Part shown: one piece after another, positions 8,117-14,933 of the stretch | Position numbering within the stretch: position 1 is the first letter of the stretch | How the letters are laid out: each line of letters begins with the position of its first letter | Assembly (NCBI GenBank): GCA_051003155.1 | Contig: JBPCLO010000005.1 | Location: forward strand, 1 to 16,583 | DNA: 16,583 nucleotides | Direction of reading: 5' to 3' | Source of the DNA: Fimbriimonadales bacterium | GTDB lineage: Bacteria; Armatimonadota; Fimbriimonadia; Fimbriimonadales; ATM1 | Notes under the pieces: generated by a model | What the model saw: the letters and a program-made list of their open reading frames with translations, nothing else | What the model was told of the DNA's origin: nothing | Database searches by the model: none | Made by a program: the position numbers and the translations under genes

Positions 8117-8335
8117 TTAGGGAACCGGGTCGAAACCGCCCTGGTTAAACGGATGACACCTGATAATGCGGCGAAAACCGAGCCAGCATCCCTTGAGCAA
8201 TCCGAATTTCTGTATCGCTTGCAAAGTGTATTGTGAACATGTGGGATAGAATCTGCAGACTGGTGGCCTCCACCGAAACGCTCTTTGATAGAGCCGGATC
8301 AGGCTTGTACCGAACCATATTCCTGCTTGTTTCAC
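8117..8335 (-). CDS. yidD: Membrane protein insertion efficiency factor YidD
   Basis: [36 protein letters not shown] start overlapping the rnpA stop. Confidence 0.97.
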   Translation of the reverse strand: MKQAGIWFGTSLIRLYQRAFRWRPPVCRFYPTCSQYTLQAIQKFGLLKGCWLGFRRIIRCHPFNQGGFDPVP

Positions 8336-8649
8336 TGCGGCAACTGAGCGAGCGCTTCTTTCAGGGCCCCCGCAATCTTTGCTCCGCGCTCTTTTGCTCC
8401 TTCTGTTCTAACTACGATCACCAGGTCCAATACGTTGGGGATATCCATCCCGCTCAGCGCCTCTCGCCAGCGGCGCTTGACGGTGTTCCTAAAGGCCAAA
8501 CTACCGACCGCTTTGGACACGACGACCGCACATCTCCCTTCACCCGGTGACCAGATAATTCTTACGCTGCGCCCGTTTACCCGGCGCCCAAATTCAAAAA
8601 TCCTGTCGAAATCGGCTTTCTTGCGGAGCCGCCTATCCTTAGGCAGCAA
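8332..8649 (-). CDS. rnpA: Ribonuclease P protein component
   Basis: [42 protein letters not shown] start at 8649 overlaps the end of rpmH. Confidence 0.92.
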   Translation of the reverse strand: MLPKDRRLRKKADFDRIFEFGRRVNGRSVRIIWSPGEGRCAVVVSKAVGSLAFRNTVKRRWREALSGMDIPNVLDLVIVVRTEGAKERGAKIAGALKEALAQLPQ

Positions 8650-8773
8650 TCCTGTGACGCCCTTTCTGGCGGCGTCGCTTAAGCACGTTCTGCCCATCGG
8701 TGGTCTTCATTCTCACGCGAAACCCATGGGTTTTCTTACGGTGGCGGTTATTCGGCTGATACGTTCGCTTCAT
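8639..8773 (-). CDS. rpmH: 50S ribosomal protein L34 (not in the ORF track, 44 aa)
   Basis: Manual translation [48 protein letters not shown] upstream of the ATG. Confidence 0.98.
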   Translation of the reverse strand: MKRTYQPNNRHRKKTHGFRVRMKTTDGQNVLKRRRQKGRHRIAA

Positions 8774-8802
8774 CTGGAACTCCGGCTTTCTCGGGACTCC
8801 GC

Positions 8803-8808
8803 AGTATA
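8803..8808 (-). promoter_or_regulatory. Candidate -10 element for the rpmH operon
   Basis: Minus strand TATACT 2 nt after the ribE stop (TGA-GG-TATACT); no clear -35. Confidence 0.5.
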
Positions 8809-8810
8809 CC

Positions 8811-9371
8811 TCAAAAATCCTCGTTTCCTATCAGTCGCGCGAGGTATCGGGCGAGGAGGTCGTACTCCAAATTGACCCTGTCACCGGGTTGCCGATCGCC
8901 GAAATTCGTGCTTGCAAGGGTATGCGGAATGATCGCTGCGCCGAAGTCTGATTCCTTAGGATCGATCACGGTAAGGCTCACGCCGTCCACCGTGATCGCG
9001 CCTTTGTCCACAAGACACCGTCCGCCCTCCCCCGGCGCGCGAAAACGAAACGTCTCGCCCTCGCGGCCAAGGAATTCCCCGGTGGTGTCCACGTGCCCTT
9101 GAACGAAATGGCCTCCCAGCGGGTCGCCGACTCTCAGAGCAGCTTCCAGGTTCACGCGGCTTCCTGTCACGAGCCCGCCCAAATTGGTTCTGGAGAGCGT
9201 CTCTTGGGAGAGATCGAACGCAAGGCCTTCGCCCCCAAGGTGGGTGAGGCAACAGCCGTTCACCGAGACGCTGCCGCCGACTGGAATTGGGTACGGCAGC
9301 CCTCCCGTCACGACGAGACGGCTGCCCGGTTGCACCACTGTTCCGACACTGGACACTATTCCCGCGAACAT
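8811..9371 (-). CDS. ribE: Riboflavin synthase (alpha chain)
   Basis: [60 protein letters not shown] overlap with ribD. Confidence 0.97.
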   Translation of the reverse strand: MFAGIVSSVGTVVQPGSRLVVTGGLPYPIPVGGSVSVNGCCLTHLGGEGLAFDLSQETLSRTNLGGLVTGSRVNLEAALRVGDPLGGHFVQGHVDTTGEFLGREGETFRFRAPGEGGRCLVDKGAITVDGVSLTVIDPKESDFGAAIIPHTLASTNFGDRQPGDRVNLEYDLLARYLARLIGNEDF

Positions 9372-10420
9372 CAGCGCTCGACCTCACCCCAAATACGAAA
9401 TCCGTCGCCGAGGGGCTCCGCGTGCATGCCCCTCAGCCTCCACGCCGAATCAAGGGACTCGACTCCTTTGCCCTCTAGCCACGATATTCCGGAGCCCAGC
9501 ATTATCGGAGCCACGTGCAGTTCGATTTCGTCCACCAGCCCCTGGCGGAAGAACGATTCCAGCGTCGCGCCGCCACCTTCGACCAGCACGCCGATCACAC
9601 CCAGTTCGGCCAGGCTATTCAATATGCGCCCCAAATCGAACTCGCCATCCTTCACCGGGCAAGCCAGGTCCGTTCCCTGAGCACGTTTCGAGGTTGTGAC
9701 CCGCAATGTCGGGGCTTCGCCGTCGGCGAAAATGCTCAGGCTGTCTTCCAGGACCCGCTCGGGGTCCAGAACGACTCTTAGATGCACCTCACCAGCCGCT
9801 TCGCGAACGGTAAGGGACGGATTGTCTTCCCGCGCCGTTCGAGCTCCGATCAGAACGCAGCCGAGCTCAGCGCGAAGCTCGTGGGCCCGTTTCCTTGCCT
9901 CCTGTCCGGTGATCCAGTTGCTTTGTCCGGAAGCGGTCGCGATCCTTCCGTCGAGCGTGATTGCCGCCTTGGCGATAACGTAGGGCCTGTCGAGTCTATG
10001 TCGGCCCATGAATACACGGTTTGCCTCAACGGCCTCCTCCGCCATGAAACCGCTTTCGACGACGACGCCGCCTGCTTTCAGCAGATCAGCGCCTCCTGAG
10101 GCCGCCGGATTCGGGTCCTCGGCCGCAAGAACCACGCGTCTGATTCCGGCTTCGATCACCGCTTGCGCGCATGGGGGCGTGCGGCCGTGGTGGGCGCAGG
10201 GCTCGAGCGTCACGAAGAGGTCGGCGCCTGTGGCCCCGGCACCTGCTTGTTCAAGAGCCACGATCTCCGCATGTGGCAGGCCGGCAGCTTCATGAGAGCC
10301 ACGTCCGATGATCTGGCCATTCTTGACCACAACTGCGCCCACGCGAGGATTTGGAGTTGGGTATGACTGCTTGGAAAGCTCGATCGCTTCACGCATGAAC
10401 CCGGCTTCAGATCGATCCAC
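9371..10420 (-). CDS. ribD: Bifunctional diaminohydroxyphosphoribosylaminopyrimidine deaminase / reductase
   Basis: PNPRVGAV, HAE, TLEPCAHHGRTPPC (Zn motif), TLDGRIA, WITG, DNPSLTVR, VLVEGG. Confidence 0.98.
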   Translation of the reverse strand: MDRSEAGFMREAIELSKQSYPTPNPRVGAVVVKNGQIIGRGSHEAAGLPHAEIVALEQAGAGATGADLFVTLEPCAHHGRTPPCAQAVIEAGIRRVVLAAEDPNPAASGGADLLKAGGVVVESGFMAEEAVEANRVFMGRHRLDRPYVIAKAAITLDGRIATASGQSNWITGQEARKRAHELRAELGCVLIGARTAREDNPSLTVREAAGEVHLRVVLDPERVLEDSLSIFADGEAPTLRVTTSKRAQGTDLACPVKDGEFDLGRILNSLAELGVIGVLVEGGGATLESFFRQGLVDEIELHVAPIMLGSGISWLEGKGVESLDSAWRLRGMHAEPLGDGFRIWGEVER

Positions 10421-10718
10421 GCTCGTCCTTCTCCGTGCCCTCGGGGGGACCTACGCCTAGGAGGTTGGCGAAGTTGCCCAACGCCTTCTCCGCGAATTGC
10501 TGCCTGACTCGCCGCGCAATCAAGGCGGCGCCTAGAGCGGCCCCGAGCAGCGAGAAAGAGGTCACGCCGAAAAACATGGTTAGCCGGACCGCGTACGCTT
10601 TCCGCGCGGCGATCGGAGCATCCTTCTTCGGAGGTGCGCCCACGGTGAACGGGTAGCTGAAGAGAGCACCGAAGCCCAGCACGACAAGGACGATGGTTAT
10701 GATGCGAAGACGCTGCAA
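10407..10718 (-). CDS. Hypothetical small membrane protein (2 TM, about 103 aa)
   Basis: AGGAG, 6 nt, then TTG (10718); MQRLRIITIVLVVLGFGALFSYPF...LTMFFGVTSFSLLGAALGAALIARR. Fills the rpe-ribD gap and overlaps both neighbours. Confidence 0.75.
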   Translation of the reverse strand: MQRLRIITIVLVVLGFGALFSYPFTVGAPPKKDAPIAARKAYAVRLTMFFGVTSFSLLGAALGAALIARRVRQQFAEKALGNFANLLGVGPPEGTEKDERGSI

Positions 10719-11353
10719 ACCGAACTCCTGAGGGCGTCGAGCCGCTCCTTCGGGTCTCCCGAGAAGGTATAGCTGCCCGAAACCAGCACGTTCGCTCCAG
10801 CGCGAAGCGCAACGGGAGCGGTTTCCGGGTCGATGCCACCATCCACCTGGATATGGTGCCGCGGGGCGGCGTTTCGCAAGGCTAACACTTTCGCGAGCGG
10901 CTTCCGGATGAACTTCTGCCCGCCCCAGCCTGGGTTGACGGTCATGACCAAGAGCAAGTCGACAAGGTCGAGAACTTCGAGCACCGTGTCTGCGGGAGTG
11001 CCGGGATTGATCGCGACGCCTGCCAGCATTTCGGCTTCGCGGATGCTCTCGAGAACTCGATGAAGATGTGAGCAAGCCTCTACGTGCACGGTGATCCGGT
11101 CAGCGCCGGCGTCTCTGAACGCGGCGATCTGCGTTTCAGGATGATCGATCATGAGATGACAATCGAAGGGCTTTTTGGTGAGCGGGCGCAGAGCTGCGAC
11201 CGCATGAACGCCGAACGTAATGGGAGGTACGAACGAGCCGTCCATGACATCCATATGGATCCAGTCGCAATCCGCGGCGTCTAGTGCGTGCACCGCTTCA
11301 GCCAGTCGCCCGAAATCCGCCGACAGGATCGAAGGTGCGAGAATTGGCTTCAC
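10697..11353 (-). CDS. rpe: Ribulose-phosphate 3-epimerase
   Basis: LAPSILSADF, HMDVMDGSFVPPITFG, DCHLMI, ITVHVE, MTVNPGWGGQKF, VDGGI. Confidence 0.98.
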   Translation of the reverse strand: MKPILAPSILSADFGRLAEAVHALDAADCDWIHMDVMDGSFVPPITFGVHAVAALRPLTKKPFDCHLMIDHPETQIAAFRDAGADRITVHVEACSHLHRVLESIREAEMLAGVAINPGTPADTVLEVLDLVDLLLVMTVNPGWGGQKFIRKPLAKVLALRNAAPRHHIQVDGGIDPETAPVALRAGANVLVSGSYTFSGDPKERLDALRSSVCSVFAS

Positions 11354-13122
11354 CTACCCTCCTCGAAAGTTCCGGTCATATTACCTTCGAGCTTTCTCGT
11401 GCGCCACAAGTAGTCGTCGAAGTAAATTCTGAACGTCGCGTCCTTACCTTTCCCTTCGATGTTCTCGATTTCGACGTAATCGCCTCCCGGCCTCGGCTCC
11501 TCGAAGACGACGCGGCGTTCGTCAGCGGCGTCGGTCATTTCGACCCGCACAGCTACGAAGTCGTTGCTGTCCTTCACGCGAAAGCGCAGCGTAAAGGCGT
11601 TCGGTACGAGGCCCTCTTCTACCTTGCGATCCGGAGTTTTGCGCTCCCCGCTAACAGTTAGCTCGATCGTCGTCTTTCGATCTACCCTTTCGCCGCGGCC
11701 CGGATCGCTCTTGACCACAGTGCCAATTTCGAAGTTCGAATTTATCTGTTGGTCGACCTTCTCGGCGACGCGCAGGCCCGCTGCCGTCAGCCTACGCTTC
11801 GCTTCGTCGACCGGTACTCCGCGAAGATCGGGGACGTCCACATGCGCGCTGCCCAGGCTGCGGATCACGCGAACATATCCACCCTCGCGCACGTGGGTTT
11901 TCGGAGCGGGGTCCATTGAGATGATTGTGTCAGGCTGCGGAAACTTCTCGTTGTACTCCTCGCGTTCCACGGCCACGTTGAAGCCCGTTGCCTTTGCCCT
12001 TTCGCGGGCCTCTGCCACCGTGAGGCCGACCAGGTTCGGAAGCTCGAGTTCCTTCTTCTTCGTCACGTTCAGGATCATCCAGCCGATCACGAGCGCGAAA
12101 GCCATACCGCCCAATACGTACACGACGGCTTTCAGCCAGCCAGGCACGTCGTCCTCGGGGTAATTCTTGTCCCTTCCCTTCGCCTTCTGACGCGCCGACG
12201 GTAGTGAGTATGCAGAAGGCGCTCGGAGGGGCGGCGGGGCGTTAGTCACCGCGGCCGCCACGGGCTCAGAACCGATCGGCCACGACAGTTGCTTTCCAAA
12301 CCGCAGCCCGTCCTTTACCGCCCGAAGGTCTGCCAACAGTTCCGTGGCTGATGGATACCGCGCTCCACGGTCCTTGGCGAGACTTTTGCTGATGATTTCG
12401 TCCAAATACGCCGGTACGGCAGAATTTAGCGACCGGGCGCTGGGCGGCACCTCGGTCGTGTGCTTCGCAAGGATCACGCCCGGCGTCTCCCCCGAAAAAG
12501 GCAGCCGCGCAGTCACGAGCTCGAAAAGAATGACTCCAACCGCGTATACGTCGGAACTCGGACTCGGCAGTTGGCCGTCGATGACCTCTGGAGCGAGATA
12601 CGGCGCCATTCGAGAAAGGACCATCGCCCCTGCCGTGCTGCTGCGGCTATAGCTCTCCCACAGCCCGAAGTCGATAACCGCCACACGCCCTTCGAGGTTG
12701 GTCAGCACGTGGTCTGCACAAAGGTCGCCATGCGGCAACCCGCGCAGCGCTGCGTGCTCAAGAGCCTCGCAGATTCCGATCCCGATCTCGCAGGCCACTG
12801 GCGGCGAAAACGGGGCGATTCGGCGAATTCTCTCGACAAGGTTCGAGCCTTTGAGCGCCTCGCAAACGAAGTATTGGCGGCCGTTGTGGTCCCCCATGCC
12901 GTAAACACGCGCGATGTTGGGGTGGTCTAAGAGCTCGGCTCGCTCGACGACCGATGCGAGCATCCGGATGAATTCGGTCTGGTCCGTGAAGGGATGGTTA
13001 ACCATCCGCAGGCAGATTTCCATGCTACGAAACCGGTCGCGTGCCAGGTAGCTTTCGAATATCGCCGATCCGGCGAGCTTTTCCAGGATTTCGTACCGGT
13101 TCGAGATAACATCGCCGATCAA
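11350..13122 (-). CDS. PknB/PrkC-like Ser/Thr kinase-fold protein with TM helix and 2 PASTA domains (degenerate catalytic motifs)
   Basis: NRYEILEKL, HPNI, DFG, YLAPE, SDVYAVGVILFELVTARLPF, RYPSA; a TM segment; PASTA repeats starting LPNLVGLT and VPDLRGVP; located upstream of rpe. Confidence 0.92.
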   Translation of the reverse strand: MIGDVISNRYEILEKLAGSAIFESYLARDRFRSMEICLRMVNHPFTDQTEFIRMLASVVERAELLDHPNIARVYGMGDHNGRQYFVCEALKGSNLVERIRRIAPFSPPVACEIGIGICEALEHAALRGLPHGDLCADHVLTNLEGRVAVIDFGLWESYSRSSTAGAMVLSRMAPYLAPEVIDGQLPSPSSDVYAVGVILFELVTARLPFSGETPGVILAKHTTEVPPSARSLNSAVPAYLDEIISKSLAKDRGARYPSATELLADLRAVKDGLRFGKQLSWPIGSEPVAAAVTNAPPPLRAPSAYSLPSARQKAKGRDKNYPEDDVPGWLKAVVYVLGGMAFALVIGWMILNVTKKKELELPNLVGLTVAEARERAKATGFNVAVEREEYNEKFPQPDTIISMDPAPKTHVREGGYVRVIRSLGSAHVDVPDLRGVPVDEAKRRLTAAGLRVAEKVDQQINSNFEIGTVVKSDPGRGERVDRKTTIELTVSGERKTPDRKVEEGLVPNAFTLRFRVKDSNDFVAVRVEMTDAADERRVVFEEPRPGGDYVEIENIEGKGKDATFRIYFDDYLWRTRKLEGNMTGTFEEGR

Positions 13123-13331
13123 GGCTCATCGCCCCCGTCGCTCGGCAGAAAACCCAGCGCCACCGTGAGCACGGCCAGAATCCAGCCGAGCACAAGATTC
13201 GGGCCACTAATCGTGTTCGACCATTGGGCCAGGGCCTCAGGGCCCATGAAGACGAAGTACTGGTGCAGCGCATAGCCGCCCACGAGCGAGATGAACGCGA
13301 AGAACAGCGCGCCTGTACGGAGCAGACTCAG
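13119..13331 (-). CDS. Hypothetical small membrane protein (2 TM, about 70 aa), probable CTG start
   Basis: SLLRTGALFFAFISLVGGYALHQYFVF...LVLGWILAVLTVALGFL. AAGGAGGAGG precedes a CTGA overlap with the aroB stop, and its own stop overlaps the kinase TTG. Confidence 0.7.
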   Translation of the reverse strand: MSLLRTGALFFAFISLVGGYALHQYFVFMGPEALAQWSNTISGPNLVLGWILAVLTVALGFLPSDGGDEP

Positions 13332-14362
13332 AGACCTCCTCCTTGGCTCAAGACCTCTTGCACGAGATCCGAGTCCACGCCTGTGACCAGCTTGCACTCG
13401 CCGATTCGGATGAGCAGAGCCATGGAAAGCTGGCCGTCGGTCGCCTTCTTGTCACGGAGCATCGTTCCTAACATTTTGTCAGCCAAACCCGCAGATGGCA
13501 AGGAGGCCGGCAAATCGTAGGACGCCGCAAACGCCTCGATTTGCTCGCGAGCGCCCAACTCAGTGATACCCAATCGCTCGCCAATCTCCGCCTCTGCCAC
13601 CATGCCTATCATGACAGCTTCGCCGTGGAGCAGGTCTTCGTAGTCCAGCACCTGCTCGAGGGCATGGCCGACCGTATGCCCGAAATTGAGTATCGAACGG
13701 CGGCCCGTGCGTTCGAAGGGGTCCTCATCTATCACAGACGCTTTGGCATCGACGCAACGCTCGACGAGATGTCGCAGCGCTTCCGGATGTCTTTCCGCAA
13801 TGGGCCGCCGCTCTCTCTCGAGCCACCCAAGGAAGCCCGAATCGAGGATAAATCCATACTTGAGCACCTCCGCCATTCCGTTGATAAACTCTCGGTCGGT
13901 CAACGTCTCAAGATGCTGCGGATCACACCACACGCTTTGCGGGTCATAGAACGCCCCGGCCAGGTTCTTGCCTTCGGGGATGTCGATGCCGGTCTTTCCG
14001 CCAACGCTCGAGTCCACCTGCGCGACCAATGACGTGGCGACCTGGACATAGCGAACGCCCCGCATGTAAGAGGCCGCGACGAACCCGGCGAGGTCACCGA
14101 CGACGCCCCCGCCGAACGCGACGATCGTGCTCTCACGGTCCGCACCATGGAGCGACAGCCACGACAAGCATCGCTGCCACGTTGCTGCGCACTTAGTCTG
14201 TTCGCCCGGGGGCAGGATCAGGGTCGGCCCGAGGTTGCCGACGGCCGAGCGCTGGGCTCTCCAAACATTCTCGTCGGTAACGATAAAGGGCTTCTCGAGC
14301 GACAGCTCCGGCAGATCGCCGATGTTCACGTCGTAGGAACCTGAGACGCGGATCCTCGTCAT
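13328..14362 (-). CDS. aroB: 3-dehydroquinate synthase
   Basis: GEQTK, GGGVVGDLAGFVAASYMRG, QVDSSVGGKTG, KNLAGAF, AEVLKYG, LNFGHTVGHALE, HGEAV, DKK. Confidence 0.98.
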   Translation of the reverse strand: MTRIRVSGSYDVNIGDLPELSLEKPFIVTDENVWRAQRSAVGNLGPTLILPPGEQTKCAATWQRCLSWLSLHGADRESTIVAFGGGVVGDLAGFVAASYMRGVRYVQVATSLVAQVDSSVGGKTGIDIPEGKNLAGAFYDPQSVWCDPQHLETLTDREFINGMAEVLKYGFILDSGFLGWLERERRPIAERHPEALRHLVERCVDAKASVIDEDPFERTGRRSILNFGHTVGHALEQVLDYEDLLHGEAVMIGMVAEAEIGERLGITELGAREQIEAFAASYDLPASLPSAGLADKMLGTMLRDKKATDGQLSMALLIRIGECKLVTGVDSDLVQEVLSQGGGL

Positions 14363-14868
14363 GACATTCGTTCCGCGATGGATTTCACTTCGAGCGCCAC
14401 GTCCATCAGGGAGTGATTATCCACGCGCAAATTGAAGTCGGCTTTCTCATAAACCCGCGACCTTTGCGTCAAGAGCTCTCGGACCGTCTCCGAAATGGGT
14501 GAGTCTGCCAAGAGGGGACGCCCCTTTCGCCCACGTGCGAGCCTTTCGCAAAGCAAACTTTCGGAAGCCTCCAAGTAAATGACTACCCCAATGCGCCGTA
14601 ATAAATCCAAGTTCCCGGGTCGCAGTGGGGTGCCTCCACCCGTACTCAGCACCAACCGAGCCGTACCCACCAGCTCCTCCAGGGCGCGCGTTTCCATTTC
14701 TCGAAACGCTGTTTCACCGTCACATGCGAATATTTTCGACAGCGAACGTCCGGCAGCTGCCTCGATGATGTCGTCGAGATCGGCAAAGCGAAACCCGAGC
14801 GCCCTCGCCGCCTGTTTCCCGACGGTCGTCTTCCCGGCGCCCATCATGCCAATCAGAACGACGCTCAT
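14359..14868 (-). CDS. aroK: Shikimate kinase
   Basis: P-loop GMMGAGKT, DLD, GETAFREME, STGGG, RPLL. Confidence 0.97.
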   Translation of the reverse strand: MSVVLIGMMGAGKTTVGKQAARALGFRFADLDDIIEAAAGRSLSKIFACDGETAFREMETRALEELVGTARLVLSTGGGTPLRPGNLDLLRRIGVVIYLEASESLLCERLARGRKGRPLLADSPISETVRELLTQRSRVYEKADFNLRVDNHSLMDVALEVKSIAERMS

Positions 14869-14874
14869 ATGTTT

Positions 14875-14911
14875 AAAGACACGAGCGGCCGGAAGATATC
14901 TCCGGCCGCTC
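14875..14911 (-). terminator. Terminator-like GC-rich hairpin between the secretin gene and aroK
   Basis: 11-bp perfect stem GAGCGGCCGGA (14883-14893) / TCCGGCCGCTC (14901-14911), 7-nt loop. On the minus strand it is followed by GTGTCTTT, an imperfect U-tract. Confidence 0.55.
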
Positions 14912-14933
14912 CACGAGAAGGAGGCTGCGTGGT

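Noticed and set aside
8650..8697. N-terminal extension of rnpA in the ORF track
   Set aside because: It lies inside rpmH; TTG 8649 gives the typical MLPKxxRL start.
8774..8810. oriC / DnaA boxes upstream of rpmH
   Set aside because: The gap is only 37 nt, with no TTATCCACA-like boxes and no dnaA.
14417..14425. DnaA-box-like TTATCCACG
   Set aside because: A single mismatched copy inside aroK; expected by chance.
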